DNA of 31,966 bases from a virus (Duplodnaviria; Caudoviricetes), in the IMG/VR virus record IMGVR_UViG_3300018421_000108, positions 1-31,966 of that record. One strand, given 5' to 3'. The position numbers and the translations under genes are program-made. Positions 17,667-27,509 of this stretch are shown here, in pieces (position 1 is the stretch's first letter; each line of letters starts with the position of its first letter). Under the pieces are notes generated by a model. That model made no database searches and was not told the origin of the DNA. It worked only from the letters and a program-made list of their open reading frames with translations.

Positions 17667-19126
17667 GCAGTTGCAAACTTGTAATTTTAGATGAAGTAAA
17701 TCTAAAAGTTGAAGGACTTGAAGTAGATGTTCGTAGAAAGATTGCGAACAAACTAAAATTTCAAGTTCCATATGCTCGTTATTTGCCTCAATACAAACTA
17801 GGTAGATGGGACGGAACTGTAGGTTTCTTTGGTTTGGGTGGTAGTGGTTATATTAATCACTTAGATGTTATCCTTGAAGTTTTACATCAACAAGGTGTAG
17901 AAGTTGCTGACATCGAGGATCATAGACACAAACACGATTTAAGTTTTCCAAATATTACAGAACGCTATTGGGCAGACCAGGGAGTGCGTTGGCCTAAAGG
18001 TCATCCAGCAGAAGGCGAAGAAATTATTCTACGTGATTATCAAGTAGAAGCAATTAATAATTTTTTAAAGAATCCACAATCGCTACAGGAAATTGCTACA
18101 GGTGCAGGTAAAACAATTACCACAGCAACACTATCACATTTAACAGAAGCATACGGACGCAGTCTTGTAATTGTTCCTAACAAGTCACTTGTTACACAGA
18201 CAGAAGAAGATTACATCAACTGCGGTTTAGATGTTGGCGTATACTTTGGTGATAGAAAAGAGTTGGGTAAGACACATACTATCTGCACATGGCAATCACT
18301 AAACATACTAGACAAACGTAGTAAGAATGGTGAAGATGTATTATCACTAGCAGAGTTTTTAGATGGTGTTAGTACAATTATAGTAGACGAGGTACACCAA
18401 GCAAAAGCAGATGTACTTAAAAAATTACTAACACAAAACTTAAAGAATGCACCTATTCGTTGGGGACTAACAGGTACTATACCTAAAGAACAATTTGAAT
18501 TCCAAAGCATCTTAGCAAGTTTAGGTCCTGTTATAGGTAGCATTACTGCTAAAGAATTACAAGACAAAGGCGTACTATCAGACTGTCACGTTAATGTTGT
18601 ACAGTTAGTAGACATTGTCGAACATAGAGATTATCAATCAGAATTAAAATACCTCGTAACAAATGACGATCGTATAGAATACATAGGCAAACTTTTAAAC
18701 ACAGTAAAAGACTCAGGCAATACTCTAATACTAGTAGACCGTATTAGTGCAGGCGAAATGTTACAAGAACTAATACCCGGCAGTGTCTTTGTCAAAGGCG
18801 ATGTTAAATTAAAAGATAGAAAAGAAGCGTATGACGAAATTAATGAAGGTACCAACCATGTTGTTATTGCTACGTACGGTGTGGCTTCTGTCGGTATCAA
18901 TATCCCTAGGATATTTAATCTGGTGCTTATTGAACCTGGCAAAAGTTTTGTAAGGGTTATTCAATCAATAGGTAGAGGCGTAAGAAAGGCAAAAGACAAA
19001 GACTTTGTGCAAATATGGGATATCACAAGTACCTGTAAGTATGCAAAGCGACATCTTACACAACGTAAGAAGTTTTACAAAGAAGCACAGTATCCGTTTA
19101 CTTTAGAAAAAGTAGATTGGCAATGA
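17663..19126 (+). CDS. uvsW: UvsW-like superfamily 2 DNA helicase
   Basis: LRDYQ (Q motif), ATGAGKT, DEVH, GLTGT, GINIP, QSIGRGVR. Confidence 0.88.
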   Translation: MSSCKLVILDEVNLKVEGLEVDVRRKIANKLKFQVPYARYLPQYKLGRWDGTVGFFGLGGSGYINHLDVILEVLHQQGVEVADIEDHRHKHDLSFPNITERYWADQGVRWPKGHPAEGEEIILRDYQVEAINNFLKNPQSLQEIATGAGKTITTATLSHLTEAYGRSLVIVPNKSLVTQTEEDYINCGLDVGVYFGDRKELGKTHTICTWQSLNILDKRSKNGEDVLSLAEFLDGVSTIIVDEVHQAKADVLKKLLTQNLKNAPIRWGLTGTIPKEQFEFQSILASLGPVIGSITAKELQDKGVLSDCHVNVVQLVDIVEHRDYQSELKYLVTNDDRIEYIGKLLNTVKDSGNTLILVDRISAGEMLQELIPGSVFVKGDVKLKDRKEAYDEINEGTNHVVIATYGVASVGINIPRIFNLVLIEPGKSFVRVIQSIGRGVRKAKDKDFVQIWDITSTCKYAKRHLTQRKKFYKEAQYPFTLEKVDWQ

Positions 19127-19136
19127 GAGGAAAAAT

Positions 19137-19643
19137 ATGAACATACTGACACTAGATAATAAAGCATTTTCCTTAAACAATTTGCCTGAACAAATTGAAG
19201 AAGATATTAGATTTAGCGTATTAGATAATTCAGATCCAAGTAATCCTGATTTTTATTTTATGCCTTTGATCTTTTTAGAATCTTTTAGTTCTCCAGCGAT
19301 TGTATTAGAAATCGGAGGAAAAGAAGTAAGTATGCCACTTGACTGGCATATTGCAGTAGGAGATAGTACAAGCGGAAACGATTTGGAAATTCTTCCACTA
19401 ACATCGATTAATGATAGAGGCTTTGAAGCATTTATTTTTAATCCACTAACAAGTTTTAAACCAGACTTTGCAGATTTAAAAGTTATTAATTTTTATAATG
19501 ATGTTAAATGGCACGTGCCTAAGAGTAAGAACGGACAACTACTAAGTGTTCCTATTACCGAAGGCGACAATCCATTTTGTGCATTCTTTATTAAAGATGT
19601 ATCGAGGCAAATTGAAACTATTGATTACGGAGAATTGTTTTAA
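19137..19643 (+). CDS. hypothetical protein
   Basis: 168-aa ORF with GAGG SD, directly after uvsW. Confidence 0.75.
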   Translation: MNILTLDNKAFSLNNLPEQIEEDIRFSVLDNSDPSNPDFYFMPLIFLESFSSPAIVLEIGGKEVSMPLDWHIAVGDSTSGNDLEILPLTSINDRGFEAFIFNPLTSFKPDFADLKVINFYNDVKWHVPKSKNGQLLSVPITEGDNPFCAFFIKDVSRQIETIDYGELF

Positions 19644-20182
19644 TGGATAAACTGTTTTCTGACAAATATGCTTCATTGCTTAATCAATTACATAATAAGA
19701 AACCACATTTTGGAGACTCCGGTAGGTACAAAGGTTTAACCAAGTGGATGCAAAAACACAATGCCAAGACTGCAATCGATTATGGTTGTGGAAAAGGTTT
19801 TGTAATGGAAAGTGTAAAACAAGACTTGCCAGGAGTTACAGTAATAGGATATGATCCAGGTATGCCAAACTTTGCTTCAATACCGACAGAAGCAGTTGAT
19901 GTTGTTTATTGTACTGATGTGCTTGAACATATTGAACCAGACATGATTGATAATGTTTTAAAACATATTCATAGTTTGTTTAATAAGTCTGCTTGGTTTG
20001 TTATTGATACTGTGCCTGCTAAGAAACACTTACCCGACGGACGTAATGCACACCTAATTATTGAAAATCAAGAATGGTGGACAAATAAAATAAAAGAAAA
20101 TATGCCAGGTATTAAGTTTGATGAGAACTGGTTTAGTAAACGTAGAATTGTAATGGAACTTGTGAAAGATGGAACGAATTGA
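19643..20182 (+). CDS. class I SAM-dependent methyltransferase (paralog of 3292-3837)
   Basis: IDYGCGKG, GYDPG, CTDVLEHIEP, LPDGRNAHLII. Confidence 0.85.
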   Translation: MDKLFSDKYASLLNQLHNKKPHFGDSGRYKGLTKWMQKHNAKTAIDYGCGKGFVMESVKQDLPGVTVIGYDPGMPNFASIPTEAVDVVYCTDVLEHIEPDMIDNVLKHIHSLFNKSAWFVIDTVPAKKHLPDGRNAHLIIENQEWWTNKIKENMPGIKFDENWFSKRRIVMELVKDGTN

Positions 20183-20804
20183 TATTAGTCCACACTTAGT
20201 ATACAAAGTACACTGTCCTTTAGACTTGTCTGCAATAGCAGAACGAGGTGCTAAACTGTTAGACACTATTCATGATTCAGGTGAAGTAGAACAACAAGGT
20301 GGCATAACAAGTACGGGACATTTAGATGCTCCTCATATGTGGCCTGAAACACAGATACTTAACAACTGGTTACGAGCAAAAGCAGAACACGTTCTTAAAG
20401 AATGGAATATTAATTTTAATAGTTTTGGTGTAACTAAAAGTTGGGTAAACAGTCATTATAACGGTGCTTGGACTGATGCACACGATCATGGGGATAGCCA
20501 TTTAGTATGTTCTGTCTATCTTCAACAACCCGACTACGGCGGAAACTTAGAGTTTGAGAATCAAGGTCGTCAACTGTTTGCGGGTTATCCACGCTTTGCC
20601 CAGAACAAATCAAAACTACATAATTACTTTACAGAGGTAGAAGTAAAACAAGGAGATGTTGTTTTCTTTCCTGGTTGGTTAAGTCATAGAAGTCAACCTA
20701 ATGAATCCTTAAACAGAAGAATTGTTATGGGGATGAATTGGCATTGTGCATTACAACGCCCACAACAAACAGATAACGATCATATAACGAGGCAAGATGT
20801 TTAA
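20169..20804 (+). CDS. TIGR02466-like 2OG-Fe(II) oxygenase
   Basis: SWVN, HDH, SVYL, GNLEF, GDVVFFPGWLSH, RIVMGMN. Confidence 0.82.
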   Translation: MERIDISPHLVYKVHCPLDLSAIAERGAKLLDTIHDSGEVEQQGGITSTGHLDAPHMWPETQILNNWLRAKAEHVLKEWNINFNSFGVTKSWVNSHYNGAWTDAHDHGDSHLVCSVYLQQPDYGGNLEFENQGRQLFAGYPRFAQNKSKLHNYFTEVEVKQGDVVFFPGWLSHRSQPNESLNRRIVMGMNWHCALQRPQQTDNDHITRQDV

Positions 20805-21510
20805 TATTTGGAATAAACCATCAACTATTATATTAGATTGTTTTACTGATCAACGAGTTATCCACGATGCATATGAACCAGTACTTGCTAAAGATTGGAT
20901 GCCAGATTGGTGGAAGAAGATGCCTGCCACACGTAAATTTGACAGCAGAACATATCAAGGACTAGACAATGCTACACTAAAACGTTGTCCACACGTTAAT
21001 CAATTGTTAACAACAGGAGTAATTTTTCCTGCTTGGATGCAATTACGCATTAAAACTTTTGACCAACCTGATCAAGCAATGGTGCAAACATATCCCGAGA
21101 ACAGTCCTGTTATTCCGCATGATCCTCAAGACTACGCACATCACAAGCCAAATATGTTTCACGGCAAAGTTATGAGTCCTTGGCAAATTAGAGATAAGAG
21201 CGGAATCGATTGGATGTGGATGGCTCCACAATGGCATCAAACTAATCCATTAGAATATTGGACTGTACCAGCAATAACAGAATTCAAATATCAACACGCC
21301 TCACTAGTAAACATTATGGTTCCGTTTAATACTGAACTAAAAGTTGAACCTGGCGATCCGTGGTTACATTTAGTTCCACTGTCTGATAAAAGAATAAAAA
21401 TAAAAACTCATCTTGTAACAAGCCAAGAACTAGGGAAACTTAATAGCCTAATGATGGGTGTTGGTAGTTACTCGAAATTTATTACACGTATGAAGAGGAA
21501 AGGCAAATGA
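20797..21510 (+). CDS. hypothetical protein (beta-rich, DUF6065-like)
   Basis: PDWWK, TLKRCP, K-x-x-SPW, PGDP-x-x-HLVP pattern. Confidence 0.6.
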   Translation: MFNIWNKPSTIILDCFTDQRVIHDAYEPVLAKDWMPDWWKKMPATRKFDSRTYQGLDNATLKRCPHVNQLLTTGVIFPAWMQLRIKTFDQPDQAMVQTYPENSPVIPHDPQDYAHHKPNMFHGKVMSPWQIRDKSGIDWMWMAPQWHQTNPLEYWTVPAITEFKYQHASLVNIMVPFNTELKVEPGDPWLHLVPLSDKRIKIKTHLVTSQELGKLNSLMMGVGSYSKFITRMKRKGK

Positions 21511-21872
21511 CTATGAAAGCAGGAAAAATTTGGGGACAAACAGAATTAATTCATGCAAACGGTGTGCTAGAATTTCACCGTATTGAATACAAAGCAGGAT
21601 ATAAATGTTCAGAACATGAACACAAATATAAATGGAACGGATTCTTTGTTGAATCGGGCAAGATGCTTGTCCGTGTTTGGCAAGATGACCAAGACGGATT
21701 AGTTGATGAAACTATTCTTGGTCCAGGGGAGTTCACGCAAGTGAAACCCGGAAAAGTCCACCAGTTTGAAGGTTTAGAAGATGGAGTCGCTTTTGAACTT
21801 TACTGGGCGGAATTTAATCACGATGATATCGTGCGTAGAACAGTCGGCTCCGAAGTAAAGAAAAGGAAGTAA
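21507..21872 (+). CDS. cupin-domain protein
   Basis: CSEHEH...F-x-VESG and VKPGKVHQF cupin motifs. Confidence 0.78.
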   Translation: MTMKAGKIWGQTELIHANGVLEFHRIEYKAGYKCSEHEHKYKWNGFFVESGKMLVRVWQDDQDGLVDETILGPGEFTQVKPGKVHQFEGLEDGVAFELYWAEFNHDDIVRRTVGSEVKKRK

Positions 21873-21875
21873 CAT

Positions 21876-22502
21876 ATGTTTACAAAACTACTAGACGGTG
21901 TGGATAAAGCACTAGCAACTAAACTAGTAATCTTACACACATTAGTAATTGCAGTCAGTAATTACTTGGTAACAATTAGATTTGATTTATTCCCAGGCGC
22001 AGAATTGCCTTTGTTTGGATCATTTCCACTAGCGGCGGCGGCGTTTACGTTTCCGATCGTAGTTGTTGCAACCGACCTTACAGTACGTATGGTTGGAAAG
22101 GAAGCAGGCCGTGCAGTTGTAGCAATGGCTATTCTACCTGCGATCATTGCATCAGTGCTTGTTCTATTAGCACTAGGTGATGAACACGCATACAGAGTAG
22201 GTATCGCTTCGGGTACTGCCTATGCAGTTGGAACTATGCTTGACGTATATGTGTTCCAACATATCCGTGAGAAGTACACAGAAATGTGGTGGGCGGCACC
22301 AGCAATTTCAACTATTGCCGCAAACATTATTGACACATATACATTCTTCTACACTGCGTTTTATCCAGCACCCTGGGTACATGGCGTAGCATTTAACAAC
22401 ACATTAACTAAAATTGTTGTAGGATTAATTGTATTCCTACCTGCATATGGTGTATTGTTAAGTTACCTAAAAGGTAAAATGAATGTCAAAGGTCAAGGGT
22501 AA
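21876..22502 (+). CDS. VUT family / queuosine-precursor transporter (YhhQ-like)
   Basis: Multi-pass hydrophobic protein with SNYLV, FP...TDLTVR...G...R, ASGTAY, LDVYVF, ST...NIIDT...F motifs. Confidence 0.8.
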   Translation: MFTKLLDGVDKALATKLVILHTLVIAVSNYLVTIRFDLFPGAELPLFGSFPLAAAAFTFPIVVVATDLTVRMVGKEAGRAVVAMAILPAIIASVLVLLALGDEHAYRVGIASGTAYAVGTMLDVYVFQHIREKYTEMWWAAPAISTIAANIIDTYTFFYTAFYPAPWVHGVAFNNTLTKIVVGLIVFLPAYGVLLSYLKGKMNVKGQG

Positions 22503-22761
22503 ACTTATTCCAGGCCAGGCATTGATATACGAGCGTGCCGACGGTATTGTGTACGCTCGATATAGAGATCCGCCCTTTAATAAATTACCTAGATGGATTG
22601 TTGGAGGAGTCCCTGAAAAAGGGCTCTTCCACAATCAACAAGAATTAGAGAAGTTATTAAAAGTTGCAGAAAGGGTACCAACACTTCAAAAGGCACTTGA
22701 CAAAGTTGCTTTAATATGGTATACTATAAAAGATGATGAGAGATCCGAACAAAATATTTGA
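22483..22761 (+). CDS. hypothetical protein
   Basis: 92 aa; LIPGQALIYERADGIVYAR N-terminus; overlaps both neighbours. Confidence 0.65.
   Translation: MSKVKGKLIPGQALIYERADGIVYARYRDPPFNKLPRWIVGGVPEKGLFHNQQELEKLLKVAERVPTLQKALDKVALIWYTIKDDERSEQNI
22697..22725 (+). promoter_or_regulatory. sigma70-type promoter (extended -10) embedded in CDS
   Basis: TTGACA (22697-22702), N17, TATACT (22720-22725) with upstream TG. Confidence 0.75.
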
Positions 22762-23314
22762 AATTGAAAAACCATTTCCTGATTGGATGGTGCAGTACAT
22801 TGAAGACCAAACCAAAGATGTAAATTGGCAATTTGTAAGTGTACCTGAAGAACACGAGGAAGGGTTAAACTATAGAACGCCAGCATTGTTTACCAATGTA
22901 ATGTTCTGTACCCAAAGCAACATACTTGATGATCATAAAGAACTTACAAAGTTATTGCACACTGCACTAACACGAGAAATTATTACTAATACAATTCCAG
23001 ATGCACAAATTAATCAAGTAACAAGAACAAGATTAAATGGTACAGTTCAAGGAGTGTATTACGGTCCTCACAATGATGTTAGAAATGGACAACCAGGACT
23101 TTGGACGTTTGTGTACTATGTAAACGATGCAGACGGAGATACTATTTTCTTTTCAGACGAAGGCAAGACTGAAATGAAAAGAACAAAATATAAAAAAGGA
23201 AATGCAATCTTATTTCCTGCACATTATTGGCACACCATGGACGTGACAACTGTTCCATTACGTGTTAGTATAGGTATGACATATTCAATAGAGACAAAAT
23301 TAAATGCAGAATAA
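22733..23314 (+). CDS. 2OG-Fe(II) oxygenase
   Basis: PHND (HxD), YYVNDADGDT, LFPAHYWH, RVSI. Confidence 0.82.
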   Translation: MMRDPNKIFEIEKPFPDWMVQYIEDQTKDVNWQFVSVPEEHEEGLNYRTPALFTNVMFCTQSNILDDHKELTKLLHTALTREIITNTIPDAQINQVTRTRLNGTVQGVYYGPHNDVRNGQPGLWTFVYYVNDADGDTIFFSDEGKTEMKRTKYKKGNAILFPAHYWHTMDVTTVPLRVSIGMTYSIETKLNAE

Positions 23315-23753
23315 ATTACCTTTAAAAGATGTACTTGCGGCAATTGACATGGGTGCTAAAGAAGTTTGGGATGAACTATCTGATGAACATCGTAAACAAG
23401 TTTCGTTTTATTTGTTAAACAGATATGCAAGTGTAGTAAAAGGTAAACGTGAAGCACAAGAACTTGCTGTGTTTAAAACAAATGAATACTACAACAAACA
23501 TTATTTTACACTAGCCAAACATCAAAAACTTATGTGGCAACTATTGTGTATGACGCAAAGTGCTGAAAAGAAAATTAACTATCACGAGTGGATTGGCTAT
23601 AAGAAAAAAGGCACAGACAATAATAGTAAGATGGGAAAAGAACTTGAAAGAATTTTTCCTAATATGAAAACCGATGAAATTGCAATGCTTACTAAGTTGA
23701 ATACTAAAAAAGAAATTGAAAAGTATGTAGAGGAATTCAATGGCAAAAACTAA
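23304..23753 (+). CDS. probable clamp-loader small subunit (T4 gp62-like)
   Basis: FYLLNRYAS...NE...N...W-I-x-x-KKK pattern and size resemble gp62; replication context. Confidence 0.45.
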   Translation: MQNKLPLKDVLAAIDMGAKEVWDELSDEHRKQVSFYLLNRYASVVKGKREAQELAVFKTNEYYNKHYFTLAKHQKLMWQLLCMTQSAEKKINYHEWIGYKKKGTDNNSKMGKELERIFPNMKTDEIAMLTKLNTKKEIEKYVEEFNGKN

Positions 23754-24546
23754 AGGAACAAGACTGTTTACATTTGGTTGTAGTCTAACTAGATATCATT
23801 GGCCAACTTGGGCAGATATCCTAGGACAAAGTTTTGAAGAGTTTTACAACTGGGGTAACCGAGGTGCAGGTAATAGACAAATACTCGAACGTTTTTCAGA
23901 AGCAGTTGCTAAGAATGCATTCCTACCCGATGATGTAATTATTATTCAATGGACAGACTATCATAGGTTTGACTATCATATGTGGAATCCTGAAGCACAC
24001 GAAACTTGGTATCCAGGCGGTGGTCTCTTTAGTAACACAGAACAAGACCCAACTAAAGGACTTGTAATTAGTAAACTGTGGAATGAACAAAGTTATCAAA
24101 TGCACAGTTTAAATTTTATTCAAGCAGGTGTGGCACTAGCAAGAACAACAAGATGCAGAGTATATATGACGTTTGCACACGATCTACGTCCTGATTTTAA
24201 CACAGGCGAATTCCAAGGATACAAAAAGATGATGCAAAATTCTTTTTGGTTGCCTGGAGATATGTATAGTTGGCTCATAGTAAATCATGATAAACGTTTA
24301 AGTTTCCAAGGTGCAGATATGGGTAACCTTAGTGATGAACCTCAGATCGATCATCACCCAACTCCAATTATGTATTATCATTGGTTGAAAGAAAGAATTA
24401 GCACAAGGCTTAATCTGCAAATAGATAAAGACTTTGCAACAAAAATGCAACACGCATTAGAGAATACAAAGATATACAACGACATCGGTGAGTCTATTTT
24501 AAATGCGGGTTACGATACAAACAAACATTACGTTAGGGGTTATTAA
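23740..24546 (+). CDS. SGNH hydrolase/acyltransferase-like protein
   Basis: FGCSLT (block I), NWGNRGAGN (block II), IIQWT, DHHP (DxxH-like). Confidence 0.6.
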   Translation: MAKTKGTRLFTFGCSLTRYHWPTWADILGQSFEEFYNWGNRGAGNRQILERFSEAVAKNAFLPDDVIIIQWTDYHRFDYHMWNPEAHETWYPGGGLFSNTEQDPTKGLVISKLWNEQSYQMHSLNFIQAGVALARTTRCRVYMTFAHDLRPDFNTGEFQGYKKMMQNSFWLPGDMYSWLIVNHDKRLSFQGADMGNLSDEPQIDHHPTPIMYYHWLKERISTRLNLQIDKDFATKMQHALENTKIYNDIGESILNAGYDTNKHYVRGY

Positions 24547-25226
24547 TGACAAAGCCATACGTTTGTCAATACTGTAACACAGGATATACAAGAGAAAAAA
24601 CTCTTGCTGTGCATATGTGTGAGCAAAAACGTAGAGCATTGCAAAAGAACGAAAAGCACGTTCAATTAGGTTTCTATGCATTTGAACGATTTTATCAACT
24701 GTGTCAAAATCTACAAGGATCAAAAACATATGAAGAATTTTGCAAATCACCTTACTATAATGCTTTTGTTAAGTTTGGTTCCTTTGTTTCAAATGTACGA
24801 CCTCTATATCCAGAAAAGTATGTTGACTATGTGGTCACTTCAGGGGTCAAACTTGACCACTGGTGCAGAGATGAATTATACGAAAAGTACGCACTCGAAC
24901 TTATTAAAAAAGAAGGCGTTGAAACAGCAGTAGAGCGTTCTATCAAAACTATGATGGATTGGGCTGATGCAAACAATGCTCCGTGGACACACTACTTTCG
25001 GTACGCTAGTTTAAATAGAATAACCCAACAACTTAAAGACGGTAAGATAAGTCCTTGGCTAGTACTCAATTCCAAAACCGGAAAAGAAATGTTATCAAAG
25101 TTCAGCGATGAACAATTAGAAATAGTATATCCTGTAGTCGATCCCCAACACTGGGCAATGCGTTTTAAAAGATCACCTGCTGATGTAGAATTGGTAAAAG
25201 AAATTGCTGAAAAGGCTGGAATTTAA
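24546..25226 (+). CDS. hypothetical protein with N-terminal zinc finger
   Basis: YVCQYC-x12-HMC at the N-terminus. Confidence 0.7.
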   Translation: MTKPYVCQYCNTGYTREKTLAVHMCEQKRRALQKNEKHVQLGFYAFERFYQLCQNLQGSKTYEEFCKSPYYNAFVKFGSFVSNVRPLYPEKYVDYVVTSGVKLDHWCRDELYEKYALELIKKEGVETAVERSIKTMMDWADANNAPWTHYFRYASLNRITQQLKDGKISPWLVLNSKTGKEMLSKFSDEQLEIVYPVVDPQHWAMRFKRSPADVELVKEIAEKAGI

Positions 25227-25227
25227 T

Positions 25228-25256
25228 TTGACTTTAGATTTTAAAATGTGTATAAT
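25228..25256 (+). promoter_or_regulatory. sigma70-type promoter
   Basis: TTGACT (25228-25233), N17, TATAAT (25251-25256). Confidence 0.8.
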
Positions 25257-25262
25257 GTAATT

Positions 25263-25565
25263 ATGGAAATAGATAGAGAAAAATATAAAGTAACATCAAA
25301 TCATATAGGTCCAGACGGCGAAAGTGTTGATAGACTTTATGGCGGCGGCGCTGGAACTAATTCTTTAAGAGTTGTTAATAGAGATTACACAGAGTATAAA
25401 GGTAATATTAAAAAAGTTAGTATTATTAAAAAAGATATGAGTGGTAATAACTTTAGAAGTCATGTTTACAAAACAGATGACAATAGATGGTTTGATCGTT
25501 GCGGATTACCAATCGCCAAACCAACCAATGTTAAAGAGGAGGACGAAGATGTTACACAAGATTAG
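25263..25565 (+). CDS. hypothetical protein
   Basis: ATG 25263 lies 6 nt after the -10 box; the listed GTG start at 25248 is inside the promoter. Confidence 0.65.
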   Translation: MEIDREKYKVTSNHIGPDGESVDRLYGGGAGTNSLRVVNRDYTEYKGNIKKVSIIKKDMSGNNFRSHVYKTDDNRWFDRCGLPIAKPTNVKEEDEDVTQD

Positions 25566-25737
25566 TCAGTTTTGTGATAAGATAGATTCGATTAAAAAAG
25601 ACGCAGACAAACTACGAGAATACAAGTACGGTGAGAACAAAAGAACTAATCAAGAGATTGATAATTTAATTGCACAAATACAAGCAGACTGTTATCTAGT
25701 ATCTCAAGATAAAAGTACATACCCAAAAGAAAAATAA
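25549..25737 (+). CDS. small hypothetical protein (62 aa)
   Basis: SD GAGGAGG at 25536-25542 before ATG 25549; TAATG coupling to the next gene. Confidence 0.65.
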   Translation: MLHKISQFCDKIDSIKKDADKLREYKYGENKRTNQEIDNLIAQIQADCYLVSQDKSTYPKEK

Positions 25738-26303
25738 TGCCTGATATTGATATAGATTTTGCAGACAGAGATGTAATACTTGATAAACTAAAACATCGAG
25801 TAGCAAAACTTTCTACGGGTAAAAAACATAACACCGGAATTTATGTTACTGAAATTCCACACAATCCGGTTGACAACATATCAACTATCGACTATGAAAC
25901 AGCAGAGGATAGAGGCTACTTTAAACTAGATTTTCTTAATGTTTCGATATATACTGATATAAGAGACGAACAGCATCTCTTATCACTAATGAAGAAAGAG
26001 CCACTATGGGAATTACTCACGCACAAAGAATTCAGCGACAAATTATTTCACGTCGCAGGACACTCTACCGTCCTACAACAGATGAAGCCGACAACTATAG
26101 AACAACTAGCCGCAGTCCTAGCGATGATCAGACCCGCCAAACGTTATCTGATTGGGAAAGAATGGACTTTGGTGATGAAAGAGATTTGGACTAAACCTTC
26201 GGACGACGAGTATTACTTTAAGAAAGCACACGCAATGGCTTATGCTGTTGGTGTAGTTGTACACATGAATTTGTTATGTGAGCAACTTAACGAGGCTTCC
26301 TAA
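25737..26303 (+). CDS. minimal DnaE (Pol III alpha, family C) catalytic-core-like protein
   Basis: PDIDIDF, KHNTGIY, FKLDFL, LAMIRP and FKKAHAMAY match DnaE palm/finger motifs. Confidence 0.8.
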   Translation: MPDIDIDFADRDVILDKLKHRVAKLSTGKKHNTGIYVTEIPHNPVDNISTIDYETAEDRGYFKLDFLNVSIYTDIRDEQHLLSLMKKEPLWELLTHKEFSDKLFHVAGHSTVLQQMKPTTIEQLAAVLAMIRPAKRYLIGKEWTLVMKEIWTKPSDDEYYFKKAHAMAYAVGVVVHMNLLCEQLNEAS

Positions 26304-26655
26304 TCAGTTGGACCGAACGTCTTTTTACTCTTTTAACGGATAAGTTTTTTAAATTTACACAAGGACCGTGTATTACTTTTACATCTTTACTGTTCATGTT
26401 TACCATGCAGTATCTAAATGATTCCATCTCATGCCTTAAAAAGATATTAATAGGAATCATTCGATTTGATTCCCACCACCAAACTTCTCCTAAACTTAGG
26501 AATATGTCCTGATGCTCTTTAGTTACTATGTCTGAGTAGACATACATACTTGTGATGAAATTATCTTGGTTGTTGATGATCCCGACATACTCCTGGCCAC
26601 CGTATGTAACCACGCTTAAGAACGGGAATTTTTCTTCAATGTCTTTTCTTAGCAT
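26287..26655 (-). CDS. hypothetical protein
   Basis: 122-aa ORF (EYVGII, WWWESNRMIPINIFL) filling the gap between two + strand genes. Confidence 0.75.
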   Translation of the reverse strand: MLRKDIEEKFPFLSVVTYGGQEYVGIINNQDNFITSMYVYSDIVTKEHQDIFLSLGEVWWWESNRMIPINIFLRHEMESFRYCMVNMNSKDVKVIHGPCVNLKNLSVKRVKRRSVQLIRKPR

Positions 26656-26666
26656 AACTCGATATT

Positions 26667-26674
26667 AATAAATA
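26667..26674 (+). promoter_or_regulatory. putative late promoter
   Basis: AATAAATA upstream of SD AAGGGA and ATG 26698. Confidence 0.5.
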
Positions 26675-26697
26675 TGTGTAAGGGAAATTAAAAAAAT

Positions 26698-27474
26698 ATG
26701 CAACTTACACCCAGATATTTAGTCAATAACAAAACCATTCTCGTAGCAGATTTGGCTACGGGTGTTGCAACGGAGTATAGACCAGTGTACGCAAAAAATT
26801 TACAAGTATATCGAGGTATCGACAATGTCCTTACTTTCGAAGTTAAAAACAATGATCAAAAGAAAGTAAGTATTCTTAATACTTACACACCTAAGTTTGT
26901 AGCCTTTGATTCAAACAATACAATGGTGCTTGAACTAACAGGAACTGTTACAGAAACTACTACGCCAAGCAAAGTAGGACAGTTCGAAGTTAAAGTTACA
27001 GCAAACGATGTATTAAATTTAAAAGATCAGTTCTTAACATATCACGTACACTTAATTAAAAACTCTGATGACACTGCTGTATTGACTTATGCAAATGCTC
27101 ACTTTGAGGCTTGTGGAAATATTCAAATATCTAGTTGTGCATTCCCTGGACCTAAAGAGTCATACTCTGTACAATCATTTACTGAAAACAACAGCACTTG
27201 GTACAGTGAAAAAATTGATGCAGAGCCAGCACTAAATGGAAATGAAGCATTACACACTGCGGCTATCTACTCTACAGGATTTGACGGTGAAGTAACTATC
27301 CAAGCAAGTTTAGAAAATCAAAATCCAACTAATTGGGTAGACGTTGCTAATTTAACTCTTACTAGTCCAACAGAACCAATGTATGTAAACTTTAACGGAA
27401 TCTACAGTTTCATTAGAGCCAAGTATACCAAAACCAATTCTGGAACAATTGATAAAGTTCTCGTCCGAAACTAG
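26698..27474 (+). CDS. putative virion structural protein
   Basis: Thr/Asn/Val-rich, beta-strand-like 258-aa protein preceded by a late-type motif. Confidence 0.5.
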   Translation: MQLTPRYLVNNKTILVADLATGVATEYRPVYAKNLQVYRGIDNVLTFEVKNNDQKKVSILNTYTPKFVAFDSNNTMVLELTGTVTETTTPSKVGQFEVKVTANDVLNLKDQFLTYHVHLIKNSDDTAVLTYANAHFEACGNIQISSCAFPGPKESYSVQSFTENNSTWYSEKIDAEPALNGNEALHTAAIYSTGFDGEVTIQASLENQNPTNWVDVANLTLTSPTEPMYVNFNGIYSFIRAKYTKTNSGTIDKVLVRN

Positions 27475-27503
27475 TTGACTTTACTTGCGACTTATACTAT
27501 AAT
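27475..27503 (+). promoter_or_regulatory. sigma70-type promoter for primase
   Basis: TTGACT (27475-27480), N17, TATAAT (27498-27503); ATG 6 nt downstream. Confidence 0.8.
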
Positions 27504-27509
27504 AATAGT

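Noticed and set aside
19137-19643. Possible Hint/intein-like domain after uvsW
   Set aside because: Only a vague beta-strand resemblance; no N-terminal Cys/Ser, TxxH or C-terminal HN motif.
11489-25548. Upstream-extended starts in the ORF track (11489, 13700, 14680, 15519, 25248, 25441)
   Set aside because: Downstream ATGs (11564, 13787, 14710, 15534, 25263, 25549) fit stop-start coupling, SD or promoter position and domain boundaries better.
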